64,000 nt of DNA from NCBI GenBank assembly GCA_051530055.1, contig CM121341.1, positions 19,198,784 to 19,262,783 on the forward strand. The letters are read 5' to 3'. The position numbers were made by a program, and so were the translations under genes. Shown piece by piece: positions 11,921 to 24,809 of this stretch (positions are counted from its first letter, which is position 1; every line of letters begins with the position of its first letter). Source of the stretch: Neoechinorhynchus agilis. Taxonomy: Eukaryota > Animalia > Acanthocephala. Under the pieces are notes generated by a model. It was not told the DNA's origin and ran no database searches. It saw nothing but the letters and a program-made list of their open reading frames with translations.

Positions 11921-14900
11921 ATGGAAATTGACGGAACGAATATGAGGAAATCAGACGATGGATATAGCGACGGATCAGATTCACCTCCCAGGCCTATACC
12001 TCCAACAAGGCTCAGGACGATCTCAGCATCGGATAGGTTTTGCCGAAATTCCAAATTACGTCACAATGTGTTCAAATCGTCTACAATCGACGCTGCTGAC
12101 GCAGATAATTTGAACGCACCACTCATCGATCATGATCAACCTGAGAAGACCAACGCTGCCGGGCTCCCACGCGTCTCTACTGGTTTGTGTCCGGTTTGCG
12201 GTAAGTCTTTTAAATTAACCAATCTGGGGGGTTTTGTTTGTCCATGGTCCCCAGGATCTCCGCTGTAGCGGGTCTGGTTCTCCACCACAATTAACCGAAC
12301 CTTTTGTGCCTGAGACCCCTCAGATCACCACTGATTCTATTTCTATACCTGATATCGTGCGGTTTCTGCCCAGGAACGTCCTGAAACGGATCCCTAAAGG
12401 CGCGCGATATCTGGTCGCCAAAGCATTTACGGGATTGCTCAACGATTGCGTGCAAACGAACTGTGCACATTCATGGACACGGCTCTTCGCTTTCCCGCGC
12501 TTAGCCCTCTGCACCAGCGGTGATTCTGGGGTGTCTTTGACATCAACAATGAAGGAAAGGTTAGCCTACTTTGAACAAATATTTAACAATTTTGAAAGGA
12601 ATCTGCGCGAGGTTCGTAAGGGACGCACGAATGAAGAGTTTCGCTGCCGTTTTTCAAAACGATCACTGACTGAGCGTGTCTCTTCGAAGCTTGCTGACGG
12701 GGATGTTCGGGGGGCTGTTCGGTTATTGTCATCCTCCGACAGTTTCGCAAAAGGAAACAGCGAGACGCTACAAATACTCCGGTCGAAGCACCCATGTAGT
12801 AGCGGAAGTTTTGAAATTCCATCTCCTCCCATACAAGAAAGGACGCCCACTCAAATTTCAGAGATAAAAAAGGCCATCTCAACTTTTGCAAATGGTTCGG
12901 GTCACGGGCTTGACGGACTAAGGCCACAGCACCTAAAGGACACGATGTCCTTTTCAACCGGTGAAGCAGCTCTCTCTCTAGGAAGTGCGCTTTCTCGAAT
13001 AGTCGACCGCCTGACTGGAGAGGACCTGAACCCCGCTGCAAAGGACCTATTTTTCGGAGCCTCATTGTGTGAGCTCACAAAAAAAGAAGTTGGGATCCGT
13101 CCCATCGCCGTATCTTCGACGATACGACGACTAGCAGGAAAATTTCTCTGCAAACGTATTACAGAGAAAACCGGACAGCAACTTCTTCCAGTCCAACTGG
13201 GCTGCTGCATATCCTGCGGGGCGGAGGCTATTGTCCACTCGCTCCGAAACTTTGTTACGAGAAGCTCAGAGCCGTGCGTGATTCTTAAGTGTGATTTTCG
13301 GAACGCCTTTAACTCTCTCAATAGAGAAACCATGTTCCGCGCAATAAGGGATCATGCCCCAGAAGCCTTCCAGTATTTTCTCAATGCCTACGGGACGGCG
13401 ACTCTTTTGCTTTTCGAAGACCGCCTCATTTGGTCCGAAATAGTAGTGCAGCAAGGAGATCCCCTCGGTCCAATCGCATTCTCACTAACAATAAATCCAA
13501 TAGCGCATTCTCTCCATTCCAGCTTCAACGCTTGGTACTTGGATGACGCTACGCTCGGAGGTGATCCCTCCGTTGTACTGCGCGATTTGGAGACGCTGAT
13601 TAGGGAGACCTCGAAGATGGGCATTGAGCTCAATGCTGGAAAATGTGAGCTCCTTGTATTGAATATTGGAGACGCCGCCAAAGTCAAAGAACTAATGGCT
13701 GGGTTCGAGGCCGTAGCTCCAGGTCTGAAACTCGTGACTCGGGAGCAACTCAGCCTCCAGGGCAGTTGCGTCTTTGATTCAAATGTGGAAGTTGAGATCG
13801 GTCATATCATACCGAAACTTTCGTTGCTGTGCGATAGGGTGAGCGCTCTCTTGGCTCATGAAGCCTTGTTTCTCAAAAAGAACGCGCTCTTCATCCCCAA
13901 ATTATTGTACAAGGTTCGCACAGCAACATTTTTCAAACATAAGGAAGGATTGGCTAAGCTCGACGGCAAGGTGAGGGCTTGTCTCGAGCGTATTTTAAAT
14001 GTCCAGCTCTCAGATGAGGCGTGGCGACAAGCTTCTTTGCCTGTGTCATCTGGGGGATTGGGGATTCGGGCACTAGTGGACCTTGCTTTGCCGGCCTTTC
14101 TTGGATCGTTTGAGGGGAGCCTACCAATATCGAAGAACATTTTGAAGGAAAAGTTCTGTCTTGACCGGGATTTCGTGGTGGCGGTTTAGGAATGGTGCCA
14201 GCAGACAGGCGCTAACCATGTTCCCGTGAATGGCCTCAGACAGTCGATCTGGGACGGACCTCTTGTCGCGAGAGCTCACAGCTCTCTACTTTCAGGTTCT
14301 CGCGATGGGGTCGTCCGAGCTAGACTGTTGGCAGTTTCAACACGAGAATCTGGGGCGTGGTTGGAGGCTGTTCCTCTGGCATCAGTGGGAAATCTTCTTA
14401 TTGATGAGGTAACGAGGATCTCAGTATCCTTAAGATTTGGTCTATCGATATGCACGCCCCATCGCTGTCGATGTGGGTCTTTGGTTGATGCTTTCGGGCG
14501 ACACGGTCTCGTCTGCAGAAGGTCAGGAGGAAGGTTCTCACGCCATTCTGAAATCAATAACGCAATTTCTCGGGCGTTGAGAACGGCGAACTTCCCGAAC
14601 ATCCTGGAACCCGCCCACCTTTGTCGACTAGACGGCCGTAGACCCGATGGAATTTCGGTCTTCCCGTGGCGGGAGGGCAAATGCCTTCTCTGGGACGCCA
14701 CGTGTGTGAACACCCTCGCAGCCAGCAACATTCGCTACTCCCTCGAAATCGCCGGTGGTGCCGCCAGTGCAGCGGAAGGGAGGAAAATACGCAAATATAT
14801 TCAGTTATCATCGATAGAAAGTCCTTCGGGATAATAAAATTACACTTTCGGTGAGAATATTCCCGGTCATTACATATTTTATTTATTCGAAATATTTCGC

Positions 14901-15345
14901 GAGGTATCCTCACCTCTTCAGTCATTGTTTCGCAAGCGCTGAAGTGACAAACTTGCGAAACAATGACTGAAGAGGCGAGGATACCTCGCGAAATATTTCG
15001 AATAAATAAAATATGTAATGACCGGGATTATTCTCACCGAAAGTGTGATATTCAGTTATCGAGGACTCACTATTTTGTCCCCTTTGGGGTAGAGACGTAT
15101 CGAGCGCTCGGCAGCTCGGCACTCTCTTTGTTCCAGGATGTCTCGAAGAAATTGATAGAGGCAACCGGAGACTCAAGAGCAGGTGTATTCCTTCGACAAA
15201 ATATCTCGCTGGCAGTACAATGAGGCAATGCTGCCAGCGTGATGGCTACGGTCGAGGAAGGACAAAAGCTGGAATTTGGCGGGAGGTGGTGAGTGTGCTT
15301 CAAACAGATTGTTTGAATTGTTAAAAATATATTATGTTTTTTTAA
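11921..15345 (+). mobile_element. Near full-length, inactivated CRE-like non-LTR retrotransposon (Zn finger + RT + restriction-like endonuclease)
   Basis: CPVC...HGP...C finger; RT motifs IRPIAV, DFRNAFN, VQQGDPLGP, WYLDD, GGLGIR; RLE motifs RH..IN, RPDG, WDATC, PFGVET, SLAVQ*GNAA. Frameshift ~12230, TAG at 14187, TGA at 15221, insertion at 14810-15047; ORF end at 15292. Confidence 0.9.
14810..15047. mobile_element. 238-bp fold-back insertion with 95-bp arms and two hammerhead-like cores (Penelope-like pLTR derivative)
   Basis: Arms 14842-14936 and 14952-15046 (two mismatches, 15-nt loop); flanked by a 13-bp direct repeat ATATTCAGTTATC (14797-14809 and 15048-15060); removing it restores RKYIQLSRTHYFVPF in the RLE domain. 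Confidence 0.85.
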
Positions 15346-15541
15346 GCTAATGGTTTAATCATGGCTCACTATAAAGTCAGACATGAAAACAAGAAGCCGT
15401 TTAACCTAGGAGATCGCATGATTCTCGTAGCGCTTTCGTTACTTTAAATTTAAGGCAAATCATAGAGCCCTAGGAAAAACCCAAAGACATTAAATAGTGC
15501 TTCATTATTGTGTACAAATCAGAGCCGTCAAAGAAGGCAAC

Positions 15542-16562
15542 TTAGGTTCGTGCGAAAATATCCAAATCGTGAAACTCTCCATGCTTTACGGTGACGAATG
15601 AGCTTGCTGGGAGACCTCTGAACTCCAGTGCTTTCTTCAAATCGTCTTTTGGTCGTAACCAATGCTAAAGATGAATATTAAGGTGCAAACACATAACAAG
15701 GAAATACGTATAAAACCTCTTGACCCAGTTGAAAAGTTCCCCAATGAATGCCAATTGATTTCTTCGATCGTATATCTTCATGAATCTTTACTGCTTCGTT
15801 CGGATCAACGTGCTGTTGAGACAAAGCATCCCTGTAAGATCATAGACTTTCAAATATTCGAGCTTAATGCGAAGCACATGCGAACCTCGGAATATAAGCG
15901 CCAATCGGAATTGCAGCTAAATCAAAAGGACCGAATCGATTGCCGATGTGCTTAAATAGGGGTTCGTAATATCCAGTGTCACCAGCGAAATAGAATTTCC
16001 GTTTCGCATCACTAATAATCCAACTCCCCCACAGTGCCTAAAATAGAAAAATCTACAGAAACAAATGCAAGATGATATGTGAACGAACTCGGTTAAAGCT
16101 CACAGGCGATCGTGCACTCCAATGTTGAGCAGGAGCGAAAACAAATCGTAATCCGTTGGACAATAAGTATTCATCAAACCAATTACATTCGACGATTTTC
16201 TGACATCCAGTTGAACGCAACACTCGGCTAACACCGACTCCACAGAGCCAAAAGACTCTAGAACCGAAGCGCTGATTAATAGCGTCGATGGTAGGAGCAT
16301 CGAGGTGATCGTAGTGAGTGTGGGAAATCACTACTGCACATAAAGATTCCGGTAACTGTCCAACGTCGATCGGGGATAATCGAAATCGCTTCGGGCCATA
16401 AAAAGCAGGAACTCTACTTGAAAATACAGGATCCGTTAGAACTGTAGCTACTTGATTGTCATCGTCTACAAAATTAACCAGGACGGTGGAATGACCTAAC
16501 CACATAAAACCTGGAACAGTGGCGACGCTGCCGGAACACACAGGTAGCTCACTGTCTAGCAT
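15542..16562 (-). CDS. NAPEPLD: N-acyl-phosphatidylethanolamine phospholipase D (metallo-beta-lactamase fold), multi-exon; 5' exon(s) not resolved
   Basis: [31 protein letters not shown]; after a 51-nt intron (16038-16088) [37 protein letters not shown]; stop at 15542-15544. Confidence 0.92.
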
Positions 16563-17393
16563 CTAAAGAGTTAGCTAAATGTTTAAGTATGAAAAATTTC
16601 GATTCGCTTAACACTTTAATCAAACACGATTGACTTCTGTGAAAATATAAAATTCAATAAAAATAAATTATTATGCACTATAATAAACCAAAATTCAAAC
16701 GGACTAATAATTGAACGCGGCGGGTTGCTGCGCCAATAAGGGTTTTTACGATTGCTAAAAACGAAACATAGTTCGCTGGATGCTTAGCTTCCGAGCAAAA
16801 CCACAGTGCAAAAATATCTTAGCTCCTTCGAATTCATTGATGCTACGGTTTTTCTATATTCGCATTAAAAACTAAAACCAAAGTCAGGTTTGGTTTTTAA
16901 ATGGAAACTCGGGCGGGCTGTTGTAATATGATAAATTTAAATCCATATTTACGAGCTTTTGCCTTCTCATAGCTTCTTCAGGAATCTACAAAGGCACGTG
17001 GAAATGAGAAATGTTTATTAAAGAAGCGACATAAACAATTCCTCGACGAACATTTTTCTTTATCACATTACAACAGTCCGACCAAGGTTCCATTTTAAAA
17101 CAAAACGTTGATCACTTATGCGGCTGGAAAATCAAGTAGTATTTCACAAGAAAATAAAAGTCATTTGCAATGAAAGCAAATCAATGGGATGTTTGTACAC
17201 AAATTTGGTACAAATGGTAGAATAAACCACATTTAGAAAAAAATAAAATTGCCAATTAAAGATCATAAGTGGAAAAGGAAGATCCATTGGTTTTTTTAGG
17301 ATAGCAGGTCTAAATTCGTTCTTTATCACACGCAGATTTTGCGTTTATAACATAAATTTCAAGTCTTTAAATAAAGGCGACGAATCAAAATCA

Positions 17394-17878
17394 TTAAGAG
17401 TACAACTGAATTTCAATTGCGAGATGAATTAAATTGTCAACCGCATTTGATGAAATTGTAGCATAAAGTGTCAGTTCGTTAACCCTGTAGTCTATTCTTT
17501 GTCTTTTTGCGAAGAAAAACTTCAACATAGGCCATGGTTTGAGCAAAGTGAACTTCCAAGGGTGGGCATAGGTGCCCCAGCAAGTGATCACGGGCATAAA
17601 CTGAGGCTTATTAAAGTAGGTTCGAACCACACAGAAGCTTACTTCAGCATCCGTTGTCAGCATCCGCTAAAAATTATGACTTGCGATCAATGCGCAAATA
17701 AGAAACAAACCTCCATCTTCGAAGAAAAAACCGATAGGTTGATAATGCTCCTTCTAATGTGGCACACAGAAAAGGGACAAGTGCATGAAAGAATGTGAGG
17801 CGTTTGGCGCAAGATTTCTATGAGCAACTTAGCCGACGTAGTGTTGAAAAAGAGTGCAGAACAAAGATCGAAGTTCAA
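17394..17878 (-). CDS. Hypothetical two-exon protein of unknown function
   Basis: ORFs 17687-17878 and 17394-17663 can be joined in frame by a short GT-AG intron after KME; no recognisable domain. Confidence 0.3.
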
Positions 17879-18469
17879 GCTTTTACGATCCCAATATTAA
17901 ATAATAAAGTGATAATCAAACACGGGATGTAACTCGATATTAACTTGCTCCGAATGCCCTTTCTAAGACGATATTCTAACCTCTATTTAAACGGCAACAT
18001 CGATTTTATCGACCTAAGAACATGAAAATAATCACTGAGTTTTAAGAAAATACATATAACATCGATATCTTCAGAAGATAATTAGTTGAAATAAAAGCAG
18101 AATCCCGACCAACTCACGCATGGGCGCTTCTTTAATTCAACTTGTAAAATCTATTCGCTTGCACATTTTAACACCAGCAAGCACATTTTGAGGAAAATCA
18201 AAAAAGATTTGCGATGCTGAACGCATTGTTATATTTTTAATTGAGTTGTATTTATGAACAAACTCAATTTAGCCATTTAAGATTTAAGGGCGAATCAATA
18301 TCAAAGCTGCGTTTCCATACTCATCAACGTTATCGCTGTTCGACATCAAATTCGATATGTAACTTTAATCGATTAAGATCATTGGAGAGATCAAACTTCA
18401 TCGAATACGATAATCGTTTAGATTTTCGGAGCATTTTGGTGCTCGTCCACAAGGGATCGCCTTTATCAA

Positions 18470-19985
18470 TATCAACCTTACACAATCTTTAAAGGATAAC
18501 TTTCATTAGATGTGGAAGTAACTTGGAGGTATAAAGGACAAAATTTAGTCGTAGCTGACGCTTAAGAAGCGGACAGCGCAAATAATGGATTGCTTCGATG
18601 CTGTCCCTTTTTTAGGAATGCTACCTTCATGCACTGCATTTGTTGATCGTAGCATTTTGTAGAATACAAAGGAAAATTAGACAGCGAGTTTACTAACGTG
18701 TACAAAACTGACTTCGAGAATCAATTTAAAAGACGTTCTATCGATATCGACGGCACCGAGTCTTTAAAGGATAACTTTCATTAGATGTGGAAGCAACTTG
18801 GAGGTATAAAGGACAAAATTTAATCGTAGCTGACGCTGAAGAAGCCGACAGCGCAAATAATGGATTGCTTCGATGCAGTCCCTTTTTTTAGGAATGCTTC
18901 CTTCATGCACTGCATTTGTGGATCGTAGCATTTTGTAGAATACAAAGGAAAATTAGACAGCGAGTTTACTAGCGTGTGGAAAACTGACTCCGAGAATCAA
19001 TTTAAAAGACGTTCTATCGATATCGACGGTACCGAGTCTTTAAAGGATAACTTTCATTAGACGTGGAAGTAACTTGGAGGTTTAAAGGACAAAATTTAAT
19101 CGTAGCTGACGCTGAAGAAGCCGACAGCGCAAATAATGGATTGCTTCGATGCAGTCCCTTTTTTTAGGAATGATTCCTTTATGCACTGCATTTGTTGATC
19201 GTAGCATTTTGTAGAATACAAAGGAAAATTAGATAGCGAGTTTACTAGCGTGTGCAAAACTGACTCCGAGATTCAATTTAAAAGACGTTCTATCGATATC
19301 GATCGTACCGAGTCTTTAAAGGATGACTGTCATTGGATGTGGAAGTAACTTTGGAGATATAAAGGACAGCATTTAATCGTAGCTGACGCTTAAGAAGCGG
19401 ACAGCGCAAATAATGGATTGCTTCGATGCAGTCCCTTTTTTACGAATGCTTCCTTCATGCACTGCATTTGTCAATCGTAGAATTTTGCAAAATAACAAGG
19501 AAAATTAGACCGCGAGTTTACTGACGTGTGCAAAACTGACTCCGAGAATCAATTTAAAAGACGTTCTATCGATATCGACCATACACAATCTTTAAAGGAT
19601 AACTTTCATTAGATGTGGTAGTAACTTGTGAGATATAAAGGACAGCATTTTATCGTAGCTGACACCTAAGAAGCCGACAGCGCAAATAATGGATTGCTTC
19701 GATGCAGTCCCTTTTTTGAACGCTACCTTCATGCACTACAGCATAATAGATTGCTTCGATGCAGTACCTTTTTTTGGAACGCTACCTTCATGCACTGCAT
19801 TTGTGGATCGTAGCATTTTGCAGAAAACAAAGGAAAATTAGACCGCGAGTTTACTGACGTGTGCAAAACTGACTCCGAGAATCAATTTAAAAGTGATTTT
19901 GTCGATAGCGACCGGACCCAGTCTTTAAAAGATAACTGCCATTAGATGTGGAAGTTACTTTGCAGATATAGGACAGCATTTTATG
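18470..19985. repeat. Tandem array, ~276-bp unit, about 5.4 copies
   Basis: Marker TTTAAA(G/A)GAT recurs at 18488, 18763, 19039, 19315, 19591 and 19924; the last unit has an extra ~57-bp internal duplication. Confidence 0.95.
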
Positions 19986-20855
19986 CGCGTTTCAACCGTT
20001 TATCCTTATAGTTATTTGATCCTCCTTTCGCTCTTGTTCCTACTCGTTCAGATGTTTCTTCGACCTTTTGTTCGACCGTAGCTTTCTTAGTAGTTACTGA
20101 AGGTGAATCACTTTCACTTTTCCTATCGTTACCTTTTATCTTGGTCACAATATCATGCTCCTTCACAGTAATTTTCGAATCATTAAGTACTGCAGGCTGA
20201 ATACCCTCCTGAGGTTGGTACCAAGTCCCTTGTAATTGTTGAAATATTCGCTGTCTTTTGGATACCACTCGTTTCCAACGAATCTTCGCTTGAGTTTGCC
20301 ACAATGATAGAATCTTCCAAAACCGTATTATCCTTCGTGGCAGCTTCACTAGCCGATTTATGTAAGCCTTTAGCTCATTTCTTAGAATTCCCCTTTGAAA
20401 TCTTTGCCTCTTTGTACTGTTAACTTTTTTCCCTTTGCACTTTTTGACTTCGACCAACTGTTCACTTTTGAGAGCTTCAATTTCGCACTGAATAGCTTCC
20501 GCTAATATACCCTAAACTGTGCTCATCGCTTCAATTAATGAACCCTTTAGAGTATCAGTGACTCGTTCAAAACACTTCTTTTGTGCAACATCAAGAAAAG
20601 CAGAATACTTGGTAGATTCTTGTTCACCGTTCATTGATTTGTTGAGAGAGTAGACGTTAACGAGAGGGAGAGGACGTTATCGAGTTCAGCGGTACGGCAG
20701 ATTGAACTACGAAGGTCTGCGATTTTTTGTGTTAAGAAGTGGATGCCACTAAAAAAGAAAGGTACTTTAATACTGATTTTAACAGACTTCAGCGATCTTG
20801 CTGCAACTTCGCTTCGAAAATGGCTTAATGAAGAAGAAAGTTCGGTTTCAACCAT
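19981..20855 (-). pseudogene. Orphan, probably disrupted coding sequence inside the inverted duplication
   Basis: Reading frame MNGE...AMSTV*..AEAIQCEIEALKSEQLVEVKK continues through one TAG; Lys/Arg-rich with an IQ-like RIIRFWK/IRWKR stretch; no family recognised. Confidence 0.4.
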
Positions 20856-21004
20856 TTTAAAAAGGGGTTATGACAAAATCGGAAACGTGATTTTCTTTGA
20901 ACAATCGTATTAAACAAAAGATCATTATAATGTTTAATCTTTTTTTCGATAATTTTTAAATTGTTAATTTCTGTTTGGAGGATTTTAAATTATACGAAAA
21001 ATAT

Positions 21005-21288
21005 ATGACGTTACTGATGAGGCGAGGTTACCTCGCGAACTCAAATAAATCAAATAGGTTATGACCGGGATTACTTTCACCAAAAGTACACTTTGATTAA
21101 CCCGAAGGATTTTCTCTGTCGATGATATACGAAAAATGTTTCATGAGAATTTATTGGTTCCAATATTTCGGCCCATTATCAAGGTTAATTTATACGGATA
21201 ATGTTTAGCGCTCAAATATTGAACGAATCATTTTAAAATCGAAACCGGCAATCGATTTTTTCGTGGAAGTGTGAACTTGGGTTCGTTT
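21005..21288 (+). ncRNA. Degenerate hammerhead-like core plus downstream Penelope-like repeat sequence
   Basis: CTGATGA-g-GCGAGG-tta-CCTCGC-GAAc at 21014-21040 (ATATT lost), followed by gaccgggatta...ccgaaggattt shared with other copies; mirrored at 56302-56328(-). Confidence 0.55.
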
Positions 21289-21660
21289 GGCTATTTCAGG
21301 ATAGTAATTAGCAATTAGATTGCTGAATCTTTCCTTTGACGAACCAATGTTTTTAAGAAAAGTCTACTGCCCTAATTCACCCTTCAAAAGAAACTACCTA
21401 TTATGGTAGTCGGACTGGATTGAAATGAAGTTAATGAAAGATGATTGGTTCGCTGTCATGCCCACAGAAAGAATTGCGAATGACCAGCTCCTTTGACGAA
21501 TTATTTACGGACCAATCATTTTCCTTCGATTTGATTGTATCCTCTTTTTTCTTGCTCGTTTGGGTCCGACACAAGTTTACTGCGGAATGTTGTCGTTTGT
21601 CAATTGAAGTAAGAATTGAGATAAAATTAGTTTATGTAAGACGCGAAGCGTTTTATAAAA

Positions 21661-21787
21661 CAACATTTTTTTGAACTTTTCTCTCATTTGAGAGGTCGTT
21701 CTTTTCAGCATTGTTGGTTTTCGACTTTGTTCTTCTCCTTTCCCAGCGTCTTGAAATCTCCGCTCACACCGTCCTCCCACCTCTTCT
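21661..21787 (-). mobile_element. 5'-truncated 3' end of the RTE family found at 58701-60415
   Basis: Reverse complement is nearly identical to ~60292-60415. Confidence 0.9.
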
Positions 21788-22255
21788 TGAGCCGGGATAA
21801 AATATTGTAATCCCTCAGATTTCTAGGATTTTAAAAATAGTAGTAGCGTTTTGTATGAAGGATTCGGGTGAAACGATTTTTAAACGTTAAGAATTTACAT
21901 TATGCCCATCAATGTTGGCTCTTTGTCAATCACATAGATAATTCATAAATAATTCAATTTGGACTCTAAATAATCTATTAAAACTTGGTCTGAGCTGACA
22001 GCATTTTCAATTGTTCGCTAAAACTAAGAAATGGTCATTGACGTCTTCATAAAATCACAATGCATTACAGAAAGGAATAGAAACGACTAATTATTTTGAA
22101 GAAACCAGCATGAAAAATAGTTCGTGTTCTCATAAAAATTTAGCTTACTTGTTCATTTGCTCCACAATATTTTGCATTAAGGTGTAAATGTAAAATTAAA
22201 CATGAAAAGGTTTACAGCACGCGTTCCCCTTCCACTATGAATTCCGTTTCCTCAG

Positions 22256-23437
22256 ATGAAGACTTATTTGCCCCAAATAAATTGGCACGATCAAGATCAG
22301 ATTTCATCGTGCCACTTCAATCCCGCGGATCCAGGGGAGTTAGTAACTTGCGGTGCTTCGCCCAATATTAGGATATGGCGCTTTGACGCTTTGGATCCAG
22401 GAAATCTGGTCACGTTCATGAGCGAGTACACTGTTCACGTTCCGTGGATTAACTGTGTCAGATTTAACTCCACCGGAAGGCAAATTGGCTCTTGCTCGGA
22501 CGATGCGACTTTATGCATTGTAGAAAAACACATTCAAGTGACGGATGATCAAACGGCGACCAATTCTTGGAGAAAGGTTAGGAGATTAAGAGGTCATCTA
22601 CAACCAGTGGTGGATTTTGCTTGGTCGACGGATGATAGATTTATCGTAAGTGGATCGATGGATAACATCCTAATGGTATGGAATGTCGAGCACGAGAATC
22701 GAATTGCAATGTTCCCTGATGCTACCGGTGGGATCGTGGGGGTTTGTGTGGATCCTTTGGGACAATATTTCTGCTCTCAGAGTACAGACCGTTTCTTGAG
22801 ATTATACGATTGGGACAAATTAAGGTTGGCAAATAAGGTGTGCAAAGTGCCACCGTTCAAATTACCGGGTATAAAAACACCAAGGACCCTTTTGAGTATT
22901 TTTCAAGGACACGATGTTGCATCACTCAATCGCAGGCTGTGCTTTACTCCCGATGGTCAATTTTTAATCGCCACAAGTTGTAGTTGCGAAGGAATGGATC
23001 TCCCAAGCGGGCATAGTCTCAGTCGATCAGCCGCAGTATTTCATCGTTCTGATTTCGAAAAACCAGTTGCCTTTCTACCTGTTGACCCAACTGAATCGAC
23101 CAAAGGAGTAGCGGCATATCCATTTAAGCTCAAGCTTATATCGGATAACTGCCAAGGATTCGGTAAAGGCCTGAACTTAGTTTATCGGTTGGTTGTCGCG
23201 GTCGTGACGGGAATATCACTCATAATCTTCGATTCCCATCAACCAATTCCACTTGCTTACATGACTGGTGCTCATTACGGTGACCTATCAGATGTACAGT
23301 GGTCTTCGGATGGATGTGCTCTTTGCATTTCATCCTTAGATGGATTTATGACACTTATATCTTTTGAAGCTGGAGAATTTGGGGAAACGTATTTTGAACG
23401 TCAAACTGCGTGCGAGCCAATGGATCTGAGTGAGTGA
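22256..23437 (+). CDS. CHAF1B: Chromatin assembly factor 1 subunit B (p60/Cac2), WD40 protein
   Basis: N-terminal MK...QINWHD, WD repeats (GHLQPVVDFAWS, SGSMDN, VCVDPLGQY, SQSTDR), RRLCFTPDG, HYGDLSDVQWSSDG...SSLDG. Confidence 0.9.
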   Translation: MKTYLPQINWHDQDQISSCHFNPADPGELVTCGASPNIRIWRFDALDPGNLVTFMSEYTVHVPWINCVRFNSTGRQIGSCSDDATLCIVEKHIQVTDDQTATNSWRKVRRLRGHLQPVVDFAWSTDDRFIVSGSMDNILMVWNVEHENRIAMFPDATGGIVGVCVDPLGQYFCSQSTDRFLRLYDWDKLRLANKVCKVPPFKLPGIKTPRTLLSIFQGHDVASLNRRLCFTPDGQFLIATSCSCEGMDLPSGHSLSRSAAVFHRSDFEKPVAFLPVDPTESTKGVAAYPFKLKLISDNCQGFGKGLNLVYRLVVAVVTGISLIIFDSHQPIPLAYMTGAHYGDLSDVQWSSDGCALCISSLDGFMTLISFEAGEFGETYFERQTACEPMDLSE

Positions 23438-24809
23438 TCATGATGGGAAGAAACGCGAACATTTTAGCTTGTTTGAGGCATTTTTGGTTGGATTTATTGG
23501 TTTTTGGCCACTTGACGTCTACGTGGAAACACATCTAATTTTGTGGTAATCTCAAAGTAAATCACATTTGAAGTGACTGCTCCTTCACTCTGATACTTGC
23601 ATGATATCACAATACTGGCTGACTTTCTAACAATTTCACTTAAAACATGCTAAATGCTAATCAGTTGATTTTCATAAACTGGTTAGAATCTTTTGACGTT
23701 AGCGAACATCAGTTTGATTCGCAAGGTTCCTTGTAGCGACGTCGTCGAATGAATTAAATGTATATTTTTTTATACATGATGACATACGTTAACTTATACT
23801 GGTACAATTCACCAATAAATGGTAATCACATCATCAAGGTGCAAAAATACTTTTGGCAAGATAATGTTCTAAAGGACATAATAACATAACGAATACGTAC
23901 ATGTTCAAATCCACAATCGCCCATGACTCATAATTAAACGGGACGAAATACCGTCGAAGGAAGGAAACTCACTAATGAATCTCGCGTCCTGGAGGTATCT
24001 GAGAATCCAAAGGTATGTACAAAACTTACTACCATGCGGTTAAGGGCCATAGGGATTAAATCACTTCCATGATCGAAGATATCGGTTGGCTGTGAAGGAA
24101 AAAACCGAGTAGGGGATGCTCCAACACTTAATCAATAATTAGTTAATGGATGGTTAACCTTAAAACTCGCGTTTAACTGTGTCATACCTTTTATTAGGCA
24201 ATTCAAGTTAAATCTATTTTTAGTAAAACAATTATACTGTAAATTTTTTAATCGAAGAAGCATAGCGTTGCTTCCATACTTGAAATGCAATTTCTTCTAC
24301 CGAACTCCTTCTTCGTATATTATTTAGAATTAACTCTATAAGTGTATAGATTATTCTGATTAAGGTCACGAATTTGCATTTTTCTTTTTTGAAAAAATAA
24401 AGTGAAGGACCGAACGCTTACCTCCGCTTTGTACTTTATTTAACAAATTTTGTCGTATAATTGAAATTGAGCCACGGTTTTATATTATGTTTGAAATGCG
24501 TCCTAATTTTATGTCAAGATTTCACAGTTCACCACATACTATTTTTTGACCTATTTTGAACTCATCCAATTTAATTTCGACTTCAAAACCACAGCAACTA
24601 AAAATGCGAGTTGTAGTTGTCATAGGAACAAAAATTTAGGAAATAGGACGGCTGACAAATTTCTATGGACAGCATGTCAGTTACAGGAAAAGCATGGAGG
24701 CAAGATCCTTGTATTTTGAAGGTTAGATGTAATCATTGTATCGCTTGAACTCAAACATTCATTATTATAGATAGACAGTGGTCTAACAAAACCAAGATTT
24801 CTGCAGGAT

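Larger units (their letters stand above)
18470..21288. repeat. Left copy of ~2.8-kb inverted duplication (partner 56054-58560)
   Basis: Identical predicted proteins at 19981-20457(-)/56885-57361(+) and 20631-20855(-)/56487-56711(+); inner boundary 21288 pairs with 56054. Confidence 0.95.

Noticed and set aside
11850-15385. Short imperfect inverted repeat (ctgact..atagtga) flanking the CRE element as DNA-transposon ends
   Set aside because: Only ~13 bp with a gap, no TSD, and the enclosed element is a non-LTR retrotransposon
18470-19985. CTGAAGAAGC motif in the 276-bp units as a hammerhead core
   Set aside because: Followed by GCAAATAATGG rather than GAAA...UH; several units read CTTAAGA or CCTAAGA
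5373-20855. Stop-codon reassignment to explain in-frame TAG/TGA in the cadherin, CRE element and orphan ORF
   Set aside because: Conserved genes in the window end normally in TAA (ANT, SURF1, RPS9), TGA (CHAF1B, SCOC) and TAG (ELL, TBCCD1)
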